A stretch of DNA of 63,679 nucleotides, filler included, from Folioceros fuciformis (taxonomy: Eukaryota): assembly GCA_049999805.1 (NCBI GenBank). It is 7 parts of 7 records of this genome, joined end to end, with 100 filler letters (N's around TTAATTAATTAA, not from the genome) between each part and the next. Parts side by side here need not be neighbours in the genome. Positions count along the whole stretch, not along the records: positions 8,877 to 16,522 come from JBNGIO010003504.1; positions 16,623 to 37,807 come from JBNGIO010003505.1; 5 more parts are not named here. One strand, 5' to 3'. Each line of letters starts with the position of its first letter. The first letter of the stretch is position 1. The translations under genes were made by a program, and so were the position numbers. Under the pieces are notes generated by a model. The model worked only from the letters and a program-made list of their open reading frames with translations, made no database searches and was not told where the DNA came from. Below are positions 12,136 through 25,098 of this stretch, one piece after another.

Positions 12136-13599
12136 ATGGCAGAGCCCGGGCGGGTGGTCATGGCGGACGAGGAGGGAGGAGAAGGGGAGATCGTCAAGGG
12201 GCTGAGTCTGTTGTGCAACGACGAGGATTTGCTGGGGAACATTTTGTCGCGCCTGAACCCGCAGACGCTGGTGCAGGCGCAGCTGGTGTGCAAGAAGTGG
12301 AACATGGTTGTGCGGGGGCAGCGGGCGAAGCAACGCGCGCCCTGGTTCTTGCTCAATGCAAATCTGCGATGCGGGACGGGGGTCTTGGATTCCCGGCGGC
12401 CCTTCCTCCCGGGGCCGGAGTGGTGGGAGTACCCGTGCGGGAAATTTCCCTTCTGCTGGGCTTACGATCCGGGTCTTGAGCGCTGGTTCCGAGTGTTGCT
12501 CCCGGCGTCTGTTGATTACCGGCATGTGCACTTCTGCGGGACCACGGCGGGTTCCGGTGTGGTGGCCTTCGTGGAGCGGGTAGGGTTCAGGCATTTGGAG
12601 TTTTCGCGGGCCACGGATCTGGTTGCGGAGCTGGATCAAGGGAAGTGGATGGTGGCCAAGTTGAACGCGCTGGCGGTGGAGGCGGCAGGTGCCGATCCTT
12701 GCGTCTACGACACGGTGTGGGTAGGGAACCCGCTGCGGAAGACGTGGCGGCGGGTTACGTGCTCCCGGGCGCCGCTCACGGACGTGGTGGTTTCTCGCAC
12801 GGGGAGCTTCAAGGTGGTGCAGCACCGCCAGACGGCTGGGCGCCGAGTGCCGTTGCATGCGTGCGCATGGGGCAAGGAGCTGGTGGACGAGTGCACCTGG
12901 GGGACGCGGGTGTTCGATTCCGAGACTGAGAGGTGGACGGAAGGCGCGCCGGTGCGGACCTCGGCCCCGGCGGCGGCCTTCCCGTTCGATAACAGCCGGG
13001 TTGGGGACGGTGGACTCGTCTTGTACCTCAAGGCGGCACATGTGCCGGAGCTAGGGTTTACCGTGGTGGAGGTGCTGAGCTACAACGTGGAGCGGGATCG
13101 GTGGAGCGTGCGGGCGTCGGCTGCGCCCCTCTCGCATTCCCAGGGCCGCCCTTGTTACAGGACTCTGCGCGTCTTCGTGCACCAGGGCGCGGTGGAGGTG
13201 CTAGCGGGGATCTATGTGCATGTGAATCTCTGCCGCATTGTCAGCATGTTCGGCTTTTACAGGTATGACTCCCGGGCCAAGGAGTGGGAGTGGGACAAGG
13301 AGACCGAGGTGCGACTGCTGGATCATTTCCTCGAGATCGATGTGGCGGACATGACGGGATTCTATGCCGTTGGCGGAGGCGGGCATGTGCAGCTCGTGTG
13401 TTTCAGGAGTAACGTGTCTGAGCGCAGGCGAGGGGCTCCGTTTTTGGAGGTCTTGAATTACGAAGCCAGCTCCAAACGCTGGACGAAGCAGCCCTCCATG
13501 TACTACCCTGACTGTCCTCAGAGAAGCGTCTGCGATAAGTTCTGGCAGGATGAGTTCGTCGCCTTCCATCCCAGGCTCGACTGCAGCACTTCCAACTGA
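12136..13599 (+). CDS. F-box protein with a C-terminal kelch-like/beta-propeller region; intronless
   Basis: N-terminal F-box pattern DEDLLGNILSRLNPQTLVQAQLVCKKWN; repeated blade-like motifs AYDPGLERW, VGNPLRKTW, VFDSETERW, SYNVERDRW. Confidence 0.8.
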   Translation: MAEPGRVVMADEEGGEGEIVKGLSLLCNDEDLLGNILSRLNPQTLVQAQLVCKKWNMVVRGQRAKQRAPWFLLNANLRCGTGVLDSRRPFLPGPEWWEYPCGKFPFCWAYDPGLERWFRVLLPASVDYRHVHFCGTTAGSGVVAFVERVGFRHLEFSRATDLVAELDQGKWMVAKLNALAVEAAGADPCVYDTVWVGNPLRKTWRRVTCSRAPLTDVVVSRTGSFKVVQHRQTAGRRVPLHACAWGKELVDECTWGTRVFDSETERWTEGAPVRTSAPAAAFPFDNSRVGDGGLVLYLKAAHVPELGFTVVEVLSYNVERDRWSVRASAAPLSHSQGRPCYRTLRVFVHQGAVEVLAGIYVHVNLCRIVSMFGFYRYDSRAKEWEWDKETEVRLLDHFLEIDVADMTGFYAVGGGGHVQLVCFRSNVSERRRGAPFLEVLNYEASSKRWTKQPSMYYPDCPQRSVCDKFWQDEFVAFHPRLDCSTSN

Positions 13600-14087
13600 C
13601 CTCAAATTTTTTTATTGCAGGGGCGGATTAATGTTTATTACTGTGACATCTATTAATTCTCCTCACCTAAAAGCAACTGCCGTTTTCCTTGTGAAAAGTG
13701 TCATCTTTGCCCTCTAGGGTCAAGTATGGCCATGACAGACGCAACGTTCACATTTATAACATTACCTTTGCCTGAAATCGTGGAAGAGAACGATAAAAGT
13801 AAGCAGAGAAATTTCTCGGCTGGCACACAGGTGTCAGTCACTACAGCTTGCTGCGAAAGCTGTCCCTACAAATGCGAAGCTTACACAGCTCTACAACCCT
13901 GAAAAACCTGGTCACCGTTGATGCCACAAAGTTCCTGCCCAGCTTCCGGAAATTCGACAGCAATTCAGTTGACACTCCTACAGACAGATGGCCAAACCTT
14001 CCTCTTCCAGAAGAAGCAAAATAGCAGTTCCCTCGCGTAGAGGAACCTCAAGTCTAAGCTTCTTCTACTTTCCTACTACATTTCCTT

Positions 14088-16438
14088 CTAATCAAGTTTT
14101 ACGGACGAGAAAAGGTAGTGCACGAAATAGAAGGACGCTAAAAACCCTATCGTACCTGTTGCCAGCATGATTGCTAGTACCATCAATATGGAGTAACCCA
14201 CGTAGAGGACAGCGGACACTGGACCGCTAAGGCTGTGCAGGTCAAACACCAGATAATTCAACGAATACAGGAACACGTACAGAGCTACCGAGCCGGATGC
14301 AAAGAAAGACTTCCACCACCAGCGCCAGTCCTCCACGCAGAGATGCATGTAAGTGAGCACCACCGATACCTCAGCACATACTATGACCAAGAGCACCAGA
14401 ACCACAAACAAGAAGCCAAACACATAGTACACCCGACCCATCCACATGCTTGACAAGATGAAGAACAGCTCGATGAAGAGTGTTCCAAAGGGTAGAGTTC
14501 CAGCGCCAAGCACGAGGAGCCAGGATGGATACTTCTGTGGTGGCACTTCCCGCGGAATCTGATTAGTGCGCACAGGGAAGGAGACAGCCTCAGCTCTGGA
14601 ACCAGCAAATCCTCCCAGCAGTGTCAATGGAACAGAGATGCCGAACCAGAGAGCAAAGAGCAGGAAGAACAGGTACAGGGGGATAGCTCCTGTGCTGTGG
14701 TTCGCCCAGAGAAGGAAGTTCAAGAGAGTGAGAATGGAGAAGGCTATTCCGGGGAAGAAACACGCCACCCTCCAGGCAATGGGCCTCCAGCCCAGCTCAT
14801 TCCCAGCCTTCAGGGTCTTCCACAGGCGCACTGCCACATATCCAGCCGCCACACCCAAAAACAAGTATAGGAACAACATTCCCGTGAGGAGCATGCCCCT
14901 AGACGCTGGTGACATGAACCCAAAGGCTGCGAACAATATTGTCACTATCGCCATTCCAGTGATCTGTACTCCGTCTCCCACCATGATGCAGAGAAGCTCG
15001 GGATGAGCTGGTGTCCTGAAGACATCCCCGACAACAAGCTTCCAGCCAGAGAGCTCTTCATTCATCTGTGCCTGTGCCTCCTTGTCAAGCTCTTCATACT
15101 TGGTCAAGTCCCTCCGCACTGTCCTCAGGAATATCACAAACACAATACCAGCCAGAAACGAGATGACCATAAGGGAGTTCAAGATGGAAAACCAGTGCAC
15201 TCTAGCCCCATCCATCTTCAAGTAAGCGTCCCAGCGACTGGGCCAGCGGATCTCACTGGATTCAAATGTCACATCGTATGAAAAAACGATACGCGCTCCT
15301 ACCTCCACCACTTGATGGCTGGCGTCTGAGCAACTCACCGTGGGCAACTTCCCGTACTGCTCCACCTTTTCAGCCTCTGCTGCATCTTGTGCGACACTGC
15401 ATGGCGCTACTTCAAACCCAACGACCATCGCACCTGTTTTGTCCGCTTCAGGAGCACTTACCCCGTCAAACCCCTCCCCTGTGCTCATCATGCTGGCAAC
15501 ACCTGAGTTTTCGTAGTTGTGGTACTTGATCTTGAACTTCAGATGGTTATAAACGTAATAAATCTTTTTCGCGTTGTCATCGATCGGGTGGTTGAACCCG
15601 ACAGGGAAACCTGTCCACTGGTTGATTTCATTCGTTTCCTGCTCCTGGGTGTACCGGATGACCGGCAGGTTATCCAGAATCAGATTGACCTACAGCCACG
15701 AAGAACATGATACCATCAGTCATCAGTTTACCAAGAACCTCAAACAGTAGAAGCGGCTACAACGAGAGGCCTAACAGGCGCATCCCACAAAGTCACAAAA
15801 ACATCACACGCACGTCACCTCTCCTCAAATACCACACCTAATGCCGAACAACACGAACAGAAAGAAGATCCGTGGACAACGATAACTAAGATTGACAGCG
15901 CAAGAACTTCCCCTTCCCCTTGCCCACACAGAACCTCGCTACTGTGACTAAAAAGAACACATGCCAGGCAGCAAGATGGACCTGCACATCACACCAAAGC
16001 GCAGACATTGACGACTTTCATCAACCCCAGCCAAAGCACCTGATAATACTCATCGATCCGCTGCTTGAAGGCCTTGACATCATCCTCCTTGAGTTCTTGC
16101 GTCACGCAGAGCTTCACCCCGGTCTGGTCCTCCTGCATCTTAAACTTGTACGGGGAGTTCTCGATCTGGTCTCCCATGAGAAGCTCCCCGAGGTTCTCCG
16201 CCACTTTCTTCACCCCTTCCGGCGGCTTGCAGTACGGCAGGCTGTAGTAGCTATACGGCAGCTCCGTGTCGATAGAGGTGAGCGAATTCACCTTGGCCTG
16301 GAGCTCCTTTCCCTTAGGCCAGGTGTGGAGGTAGCTCCCGGGGAGATAAAAACCCTGTGCCACGGCCACCAAGCACAAAAGGAACGCGGCGGCCAGAGGC
16401 AGACCACGGCTCCATCCCCGGGCGTCCATCCGCCCCAT
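14088..16438 (-). CDS. Transmembrane 9 superfamily (EMP70/TMN11-12-like) protein; 2 exons (16438-16040 and 15689-14088)
   Basis: Signal peptide then FYLPGSY, KVNSLTSIDTELPYSYYSLPYCKP, ENLGELLMGDQIENSPY, RWDAYL, HWFSILNSL, GWKLVVGDVFR, nine hydrophobic segments, and a C-terminal KLD motif (KxD/E type). Confidence 0.95.
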
Positions 16439-16522
16439 CTGAATCCTCCCGGCCACTCCTCTCCCCCGCGCGCAGGCGCCGAAAGCAAGGATCTTGCGCA
16501 CGGCCGAGCTCGTCTTCCTTCA

Positions 16523-16622
16523 NNNNNNNNNNNNNNNNNNNNNNNNNNNNNNNNNNNNNNNNNNNNTTAATTAATTAANNNNNNNNNNNNNNNNNNNNNN
16601 NNNNNNNNNNNNNNNNNNNNNN
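16523..16622. other. Artificial contig linker
   Basis: N-run/TTAATTAATTAA/N-run. Confidence 0.95.
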
Positions 16623-16758
16623 CAAAAAGTTTTTATGACACTTTAATAGCCTTTGTCAAAAAGTTTTTATGACACTTTAATAGCCTTTGTCAAAAAGTTT
16701 TTATGACACTTTAATAGCCTTTGTCAAAAAGTTTTTATGACACTTTAATAGCCTTTGT
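16623..16758. repeat. Perfect 34-bp tandem repeat x4 at a contig end
   Basis: Unit CAAAAAGTTTTTATGACACTTTAATAGCCTTTGT repeated identically. Confidence 0.9.
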
Positions 16759-17229
16759 CATAATTAGCATTGGGCTGACCCAAGTACAAGAATGTAACAA
16801 AGACTATAATTATAAGCTTAGGTTGTGATAATGAACTTTATTACACTTCATTTGGTTCATAAATAGGTTTGGGCTGATGCTTTGATTCACATGACTGCCA
16901 TGTGCAAGGCATGGAGCAAGCTCTCCGCTTTTAAATTTCTTGGCTTGACAGCTTNNNNNNNNNNNNNNNNNNNNNNNNNNNNNNNNNNNNNNNNNNNNNN
17001 NNNNNNNNNNNNNNNNNNNNNNNNNNNNNNNNNNNNNNNNNNNNNNNNNNNNNNCCCTTAGTGAGATGAATGATTTCAAAGTTTTTTATTAGGTTTTCAT
17101 TAATAAATTATCAAATCTTTGGTACAGGCATAATAAGGTTATCACTTGCTACAAGTTCCATCCTTTTAGTCCTGAAGTGTATTGATGTATAGTGAGTGAA
17201 GGCACCTTATGTATCCCTTTCGAAAATGG

Positions 17230-17540
17230 TGCAATGTACCACATGTAATTTCCTTGTAGATAGTACAACATATCGTATCGTATGTATCCTCCTTATAAAT
17301 GGTGCAATAAACCATATATAGTTTCCTTGTAGATAGTACAATGAATAATACTTATCCTTGTACCGTATATAGTTTTCTTGTAGATAGTACAATGAATCAT
17401 ACGTATCATTGTACCATACTAGTTTCCTTGTAGATAGTACAATGAATCATATGTATCCTTGTACCATATGTAGTTTCCTTGTAGATAGTGTAATGTATTG
17501 TATGTATCTTCCTCGTAGATAGCGCAATGTATTGTATGGT
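17230..17540. repeat. Degenerate tandem repeat, about 50-bp period
   Basis: Core TTTCCTTGTAGATAGTACAA recurs near 17249, 17322, 17372, 17422 and 17473. Confidence 0.75.
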
Positions 17541-17695
17541 GTAGGGCATTTGTTTCAAAGACATCGGTTATATCTTTTATTCACTCCTTCATGTGATAAC
17601 CATAAAGACACACACTTTGACTCTCTACAATCTTGTTGTGCACAATGTCATCCATAGTCCTATCGCCAAAAATGTCATGCTCATCTTCCTTCTTA

Positions 17696-17935
17696 TTTTT
17701 TAAGGGTTCCCATAATCTTCCTCTTTATAGCCATCCCCATCTTTATCTTCCTTCTCACTTTTTGAGGGTTCCCCATAATCTTCCTACTCGTAGCCATCCC
17801 CATCTTCATCTTCCTCCTCACTTTTTGAGGGTTCCCCACAATCTTCCTACTCGTAGCCATACCCATCTTCATCTTCCTCCTCACTTTTTGAGGGTTCCCC
17901 ACAATCGTCTTACTCGTAGCCATCCCCATCGGCAT
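17696..17935. repeat. 63-bp tandem repeat, about 4 copies
   Basis: Unit TTTTTGAGGGTTCCCCAYAATCTTCCTACTCGTAGCCATCCCCATCTTCATCTTCCTCCTCAC; gives 21-aa periodicity in the ORF track. Confidence 0.85.
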
Positions 17936-18249
17936 TATTAGTATCAACGGTTATGGCATCTATTGCTTCAAAATGATCTGTCGGTATGGCAAGGATGTTC
18001 CTTAGCCCATTTCGTGTTCCTTATTGTTACGGATTTTCTATTGCGCATAGTTAAACAGGCCCCCGCAATTATTGGCATTCATAGCCTAGATGGGTCATAA
18101 TTAAAGGTTCAGCTTTCGTGCATAACACTCTCCTCTTCTCTCGGTGGCGGAAGCATCTTTGAACAACATTCTCTGATAGGTTAAGGTCTTTGGCAAGCTA
18201 TCAGGTTGCAAGGTCAATTGGAGTAAGACCGGCATGATATGCTTAAATA

Positions 18250-20330
18250 TGGTAGGGGAGCCACCTCAATGCATTAGCCACATTATGAGGGTTTTGCCAC
18301 GCTCCACTCACAAGTATTTGGGGTTCCCCTTTCAAGAGGATGATGAGAATGGGGAGACAGGAAAATTGTATGCCTTAAATTTATTCGAAAAGCCTTGGGC
18401 TTATGGCTATTAGAGCTCAACCTTGTTAGAATGGTGGTAATTAACCACATCCTTTCAGCTTCCCTTTGGTATTATCAGTTTCTGTGGGCTCCTTCCAAGA
18501 TGGATGGGAAGAGGCTAAAACATGTTTTGACTTGATTTCTGTGGAGCAAATCTGGGAGCAGAGTTTCTGGGGTTCACAAAGTCGCATGGCAGCACATTAT
18601 TCTATCTCGACATTTGGGAGGTCTCAGGTTGGTGGATCTAGTAGCCAAGATGAAAATATTACATGCTCAATGAATTGTAAGGGCTGCTAATCTGTCCTAC
18701 TATCCCTAAAAGAGTCTTCTAACCCAACACTTAGGGCGTACCTAAGCGGTTCCTCAAGGGAGGAGGTCCATTGACAACAATTGTGCTGACAAGCCTGTGC
18801 TAGATACCTCAGAGTGTTCCCCTTTTTTCAAGTCAATCTAGAGCAGCTACTTGGAGGTCAAAAAGTTCATTGTCCTAGGTAACCCTACATGCATGGATGA
18901 TGTGCTTGGCATTCCCTTACAAGGTTTCGCAGGGCTTTGGACTTAAGAGTATACCTCAAGGGTTTACCATTGTTAGTTTTGGTTGGCTGTAAAGGTGTAG
19001 TTCAATTAGGCCACCTGTGGAACAAGTCGGAGTCCTGTTGGAAGGAGGTCGAGGAGGTTAAGGGGGAGTTTGACTTATTGACTAGGCATGTCAAATTTAT
19101 TTTTTCATGGTTGCAAGAGGGGTTAGATGGTCAAGTAAAGCAGGTGTTGTTGCAACAACCTACTATAGCCATTGAGGGCTGGTGGGCGTATTCTTTGGAC
19201 AGCAAGGGAGAGGAATCCGAGGCAGAAGAACAAGTGGAAACCGTGGAGTTGGATAGTGAGCTGTGGGTTTTTTCCACAATTAACAAAGAGCAAGTATGGT
19301 CCTTCAAAGTCATGTCGATGGAAGGGATACTAGATAGCTAGGGCAGAGATGAAGGTGGGGTTTAAAATGGGGATTTGAGTGCGATTATAGTTCTTTCTAG
19401 ATCCGTCCAAGTAGGGCAATTGTGTATTCAAGATGAGGTCCCTAGTGTATCGCAGATCCCAAACAAGCCAAGGGTACACTGCCGGCCAAGGGAAGCCATC
19501 AAGCTTTTATGGGAATGAGCTGGTATACCCCCCAAGGTTAGGCTGATAGTTTGGTGCTTCTTTCAAGCATGTTTGCCTAACACAGATAGATGGAATGGTT
19601 TATTAGTTGTAACATGTGAGGAGGTGTGTCGAATGTGTAGTGCTGTAGCCCCCAACAAAAGTCAGCACATGTTTTTCATTGCAACTTTGCTCAAGGGGTC
19701 TGGAGGGAGATTGACAAATGGTTGTAGAGGATCCTTCCTGACACTAACCTCAGGGTCATGGAACAAACAGCGCTTTATGAGTTAGATATTGTCTCGAACA
19801 AGCTATTGCTTTAGACTCGATGGTACGGCTTGTTGTGGTCTACTTGCCTTTCCTACCTATGGCTCAATTGGTCATCAGTTGTCTACGGGGGAAAGGAGTC
19901 GGAGTTCTCTAAGGCCTCACTGTGGCGCATTTGGGAGCAACTGTTGATTGCAGCAGAAGGTTTTAGAAGGGCATGCCAACACCAATTTAAGAAGAAATAG
20001 TGGAGGTTGGCTAGTTTTCTAGGTCAAGGAAATGACGGACACTAGAATTACGCGTGCCCTTGGGGACGGTAAGTCCAAGTGGTTTTCTTGGTTCGGAGGA
20101 GGTCAATGTTCTCTTAGAAGGCAGTAGATTTTTCCTGCAACAGTGGGAGGCTGATGCGTATGCAAATCTACATTGAGGTGGTACCCATATCTATAGATCA
20201 TCTGCTCTACAATGAGCAATGAAGATCCGGCCTTGATCCTCCCCAAATGGTAGAGTCTTTTCTGTATCTTTGGAAGGCTTTGTCCAATGCACTTAATCAG
20301 AATTTTTTTTGCAGAAAAAAAAATAAAAAT
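18250..20330 (+). mobile_element. Degraded L1-type LINE, 3' part of ORF2 (post-RT region and zf-RVT) with an A-rich tail
   Basis: Frameshifted fragments HKYLGFP, VVINHILSAS, GGLRLVDL, IPPKVRLIVWCF...LP...C..C......HMFF; A-rich run at about 20314-20329. Boundaries approximate. Confidence 0.65.
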
Positions 20331-20521
20331 TTATAAAGGTTGTACACCTTCTCTTGCTTGCCTCTCATTAGCGCTTCCTCTATGCACAAACACCCCGGGG
20401 TTGATCAACTCCTTGACGGATTTCTCTTTTTTCGTTACTATCCAAAGCTTATACATTTTTTATATAGAGATCTGAGGCAACCAAAATGACATTCCTCCTC
20501 AATGGTTTCCTATAGTACTTT

Positions 20522-20648
20522 TCAACAAACTTTTGAACCCATCTGACCTGTATTTCTCAACAAACTTTTGAACCCATATGACCTGTAGTTCTCAACAAAC
20601 TTATGAACCCAACTGACCTGTACTTCTCAACAAACGTATGAACCCAAT
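20522..20648. repeat. 35-bp tandem repeat, about 4 copies
   Basis: TCAACAAACTTTTGAACCCA.. starts at 20522, 20557, 20592 and 20627. Confidence 0.8.
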
Positions 20649-22649
20649 TTACTCGCCCACACTATCTTAATGGGTTGGGGCCCTCTCCTTTGCACTTTTC
20701 CCATCTTGCTTTAGGAACAATTGATGGTTTAGATGGGAGGAAGTTTCCATGTTGCCTCAATTCCAATCTTGCCCATATTAAAATCTCATTCCAAACAATG
20801 TTATTAGCCATGGGTGGCTTGAATTGAGCTCCCTTGTTTGGCCTACTTGCTTCTCCTCCAAAGATGCATGCTTTTGTAGCCTTCATGAATAAGCTATCAT
20901 GCCCTTGCTAAACTCTAAGCTTACAAGCAACTTTACCTCTAGATGCAAGAACTGTGTAGCCACTACATAGTTGTTTTCTTCTCGCAGAAGGCAACTTGCA
21001 CCGCTTACATAGTATTTCCAATATAGCTTTGCTTATATTACTTTTAAAGTAATAAGAAGCAATCTATCAACCACATTCTACCACAAATGCAATGGTTGAT
21101 GAAATCCATAAACCATTACTATATTTTGCTACAAGCTTATAGGATTGCAACAAATGTAACCTCATGGGATTTGCACACTTTGCATTGACCTTATGGTTGC
21201 ATACCTTTATTTGCATCGTAGATTAACAGCTTGGATCGTTTGCTTTGGTGTGTTGGAGCCGTGCTTGGTTCGAGTGAGAGTTAGATATCCATGTTGAGTG
21301 GGAACACTGAAGGTGCGTCAATGGTTGGAGCTCCTTAGCCTCAGGTCCTTAAGTGTGTGTGTTTCACATTTTAGCTTTAAATTTTATGGTAAGGTTGAAG
21401 GTGATGGGTTGACATTTTCATGTCCTTATGACATGATGCACAGTTGGCAAGACTTTTGTTAATGAATCCCTGAAGTCTGATTTTGGCATGGTGTATCTCA
21501 AAGGGGAACATACCATACTTCAAAACTTTTACAAATCAAGATTACAACGTCTGCAAGGATTACAACGCGGAATAAGACTGAGGAGGAGATATAAGAGTTA
21601 CGAGGCTTTTCATGAGCTTGTAGGCAATGGGGGTCCTTGCCATTAGTTGCTCTTGTTGGGTTGATAACTTTTGGTTTGTGTGCAGTTGTTTGCCAGACAC
21701 TATCGGTGTGAACAATGTAAGCATTGTAAACTTAGGAGGCTGTGAAGGCTAATTCCGGTGGAAACTTAGAAAACTCTCACTTCCTCTAGCTACCTCCTTG
21801 TGCTTCCTATGGAGAGCCTTCATCAAGATATAGACCAGTTCCAATGAGGCAAACATATAGGCAGTTATATATATATATGGAGGCAGGGGGTTTGTCAAAA
21901 GTCCTTGCCGATGAGATGGTGTCATTCTGCAAAATCAATGATGTATTGAGACCTGTCATGTGGAACTGGTTGAGGCGCCTACAAGGCCAAGTGACGGTTT
22001 CACCGAGTTTCATGAGGTTTTAGCTTCTCTATGACCAATCATGTGGAACTGGTTGAGGCACCTACAAGGCCGAGCGGTGGTTTCACTGAGTTCGATGAGG
22101 TTTCAGCTTCTCAACATTCTTTCAATGAGGTTTCAACTTCTCAACATTCTTTCAAGTTCAACAGGGAACACATCCTTTGGTTAGTTGGTATCATTTCTTA
22201 TCTCTTGACCAAGTAAGGCTCCATCTCGAGCTCCTTGTTGCACATATGGAGCTCTAGCATATGGTGTGCCAAAGCGGACACTCTCTCACTCTAACTATCT
22301 TAATGGTTTTTTCTGGATATCTTCGTGAATATTCTCTTTTGAGGCACAAGTTTTTAATTTCCCTTCTAGCAACCCTACCAAACTAATACCTGCACTACAT
22401 GCACCAAAGGATATGACTCAACCATTAGAATGATGTAGGAGCAGGAGTAGGTTACAACCCAAAACCGGACCCAAAGCCGGCTAGATGCCGAGCGGCCTGA
22501 CGGTCGGTAACCGTGGATGGGGGTGCGCCCGCGAAAGGTAAGCACAGGCACCGAAAGGTTTGCTTGCAATCTGCACAAATGCCCTCTTTGGCCTTGGCCT
22601 TTAAAACTCGCGTAAGCCCCAAAGGAACTCGTGTAGCCTATGTTTTGTA

Positions 22650-22869
22650 AAACAACCTAGAGAGAGGCAACATGTCCCTTTTTGGCATGCCATACATCAC
22701 TGGCCGTCTCAAGGCTTATAATGTCGGTCTTACTGCGGATACTTATATTTTTTTGGACAAGAAAGGGCGAATCAGGTGGCGAACCACTGGATCAGCCACC
22801 AGCGAAAAGGTCTCCTTCAACATGTCCTGTCCATCACGCCTTCTAAAGGCAGAGCAACCCAGTTTTTGA
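22650..22869 (+). pseudogene. Fragment resembling the C-terminus of mitochondrial ATPase assembly factor ATP10
   Basis: TYIFLDKKGRIRWRTTGSATSEKVSFNMSCPSRLL resembles the plant ATP10 ending as I recall it (GYIFLLDKxGRIRWQGxGxATxEE..L.SC...LL). No upstream exons are visible. Confidence 0.5.
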
Positions 22870-22934
22870 AGTCTGGAAAAATGTGTACATCGAAAGTATT
22901 CTTTTTGGAATATCAAATCTTAATTTGACCACCT

Positions 22935-25098
22935 TCACACAGTTTCTTCGGCACCTGGCCCTGGGGCCGTCTTCAGCTTCTGGAACCCTTCCCTCGATGT
23001 AGGTGGGACAACCTCTCCTGGGCTTATGGAGGAATGCAAGGAACTCCTGTATTCCTCGTTAGTAGCAGCATCGTAGGATGCGTGCAGGCCAGCTATGAAG
23101 TAGTAGGCCAGGATCGCAGCGGTCACAAACCCGAATCGGATGAAGGCACTGCCCTCCAGGGAGCCCAGGAGGAAACAGTTGACGACAATGGAAGCAGAGG
23201 GAATCCAGGGCATGAGAGGCACTCCCCATACCTTGGGCTTCTGACACTGAGGCAAGAACAGGGACAGACTAAGTGTTGTTAGGAACCACGCTCCCCCTGT
23301 AAGTGGATAGCCTATCCAGTCTTCTTCCCCTTTGGAGAGACCCCAGTACGCCCCCAGTGCTATGGAGGACGCGAGGATGAGCAGGATGTGCACGATGAGC
23401 AGATTCCTCAAAGCATGGGAAGTTTCCCCAGATACGTAATACCGGCGCACCAGCAGAGCTATGGCTACCAGTGTGAAGATTGTGAGCGTGCTCACAGACA
23501 GGAGAGTGGAGAGGACCTCGAGCTCGGTGAAAAGCGCCACTACACTTGTCATGCTAAGCATCACGAGGGTTGCTCGAATGGGAGTTTGGGTCTTGGCATT
23601 GACGTGGGCAAACCATGCCGGTATCATGTGGGTGCGGGCAATATGGGTGACGTACCTGGCCTGCACATTCAATTTGGTACACAAAGCACTGTCATATATG
23701 CCGAGAAAAGGAGCAGGCAGCCAATTACGTGGCTTTCCGGAGCATACCTGGCTGACGGACGAGACAAGCAGGACGGTGGTCATGCCTTTCAAGGCCCCAA
23801 GGGCCACAAGATACTGGGCCCAGTCCAGGCCGACGGCCTTGAATGCAAAGGAGAAGGGGGCATCGTGATTGATGAGGTTGTAGGGCTGCAGGAGAGAGAG
23901 CACCGTAGCCATGAGGCAGTAGATGATGGTCACGAAGGTCATGGATCCCAACAAGCCAATCGGAATGTCTCGAGAAGGATTCTTCGTTTCTTCCGCCATT
24001 GTGGCCACTGCATCGAAGCCTAGGTATGCGAAGTAGACCACAGCTGAGGCTTCGAAGATGCCTTTAACTCCGAACGGCAGGAACGGGATGAAGTTTGCCT
24101 TATCCCCCTTGACGAAGCCTGTGACAATCACAAAGGTTATGATTAAAACGCTCACGGCTGAGGCAATCCAGTTGGCAACGGAGGTGGCCTTGGTGCTGTA
24201 GACTGCAATGAGGCCTGTGACCCAGATCACGCCAACCGCTAGGGGGTCCAGCTCGTTGTAATTTTCAGCCAATTGATAGACTCGGATCCGAAGGTCGTTG
24301 GGTTGCTTGTTGATGAGAGTTGCGAGATAAGATGTCCAGGCCCGCGCCACGGCTGCTGCTCCTATCACGTACTCAGTGATGATGTTCCCTGCTGTGATGA
24401 AGGCGACGAAGTCACCGAGTTCCACTCGGAGGAAGGCGAATGAGCCCCCTGCCAGAAGCACAAGCACGCAGGGTGACACTGTTCAGTGTTATCCCAGGTT
24501 ATCATGTGAAGTTTGAAATTCTATGCGTGACCAGTCCTGAGATGATGCACAAGGTCTGAATCAGTTTGGGATGTACCAGCAACTGGAACCTCGACGGCGA
24601 ACTCCGTGTAGCAGAAGACGGAGAGCATAGAGGACACTCCCGCCACGACGAAGGAGAGAATGAGGCCAGGACCCACTACAGTGGATGCCTGCAAACCTGC
24701 GCTGGTGAGGCTGTGAGGAGGTTGGTGTGGGATTAGCAAACCTGGAGGGACTGGTTGGATATGAAGGTACCTGTCACCACAAAAATGCCGGCACCAACAA
24801 CAGCTCCAATGGACAGCCAGGTCAAGTCCCACCAATTCAGTGACCTCCTCATTTTGTTTTTGCTGCGCATCACCATGTCGCTTACTTCGCTTGCAACAGT
24901 GGCTCTGGCAAACACCCGACGGCGAAACCGTAGCCCAGTCTCAGCCACGGCCCTGCCATAGCTACCCAGGCTCTGGAAGGATGGTTCAGGGAACAAGTGG
25001 AATGCTGAATCGCTCGTGTTATGAGCAAGTCCTCCAGGACCTGCTGCAGCGTCCCTCGTTCCTCCATTCTTTCCACCACTCTGCTGCTCACCGGCCAT
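22935..25098 (-). CDS. Cationic amino acid transporter (CAT, APC superfamily); 4 exons
   Basis: FPEPSFQS, LNWWDLTWLSIGAVVGAGIFVVTG, CYTEFAVEVPVAGGSF, GFDAVATMAEETKNPSRDIPIG, WGVPLMPWIP. Exons about 25098-24771, 24696-24577, 24448-23748 and 23660-22935. Confidence 0.93.

Noticed and set aside
22495-22560. Hammerhead ribozyme (CTGA...GAAA)
   Set aside because: The core reads CTGACGG rather than CTGANGA and I could not build the three stems.
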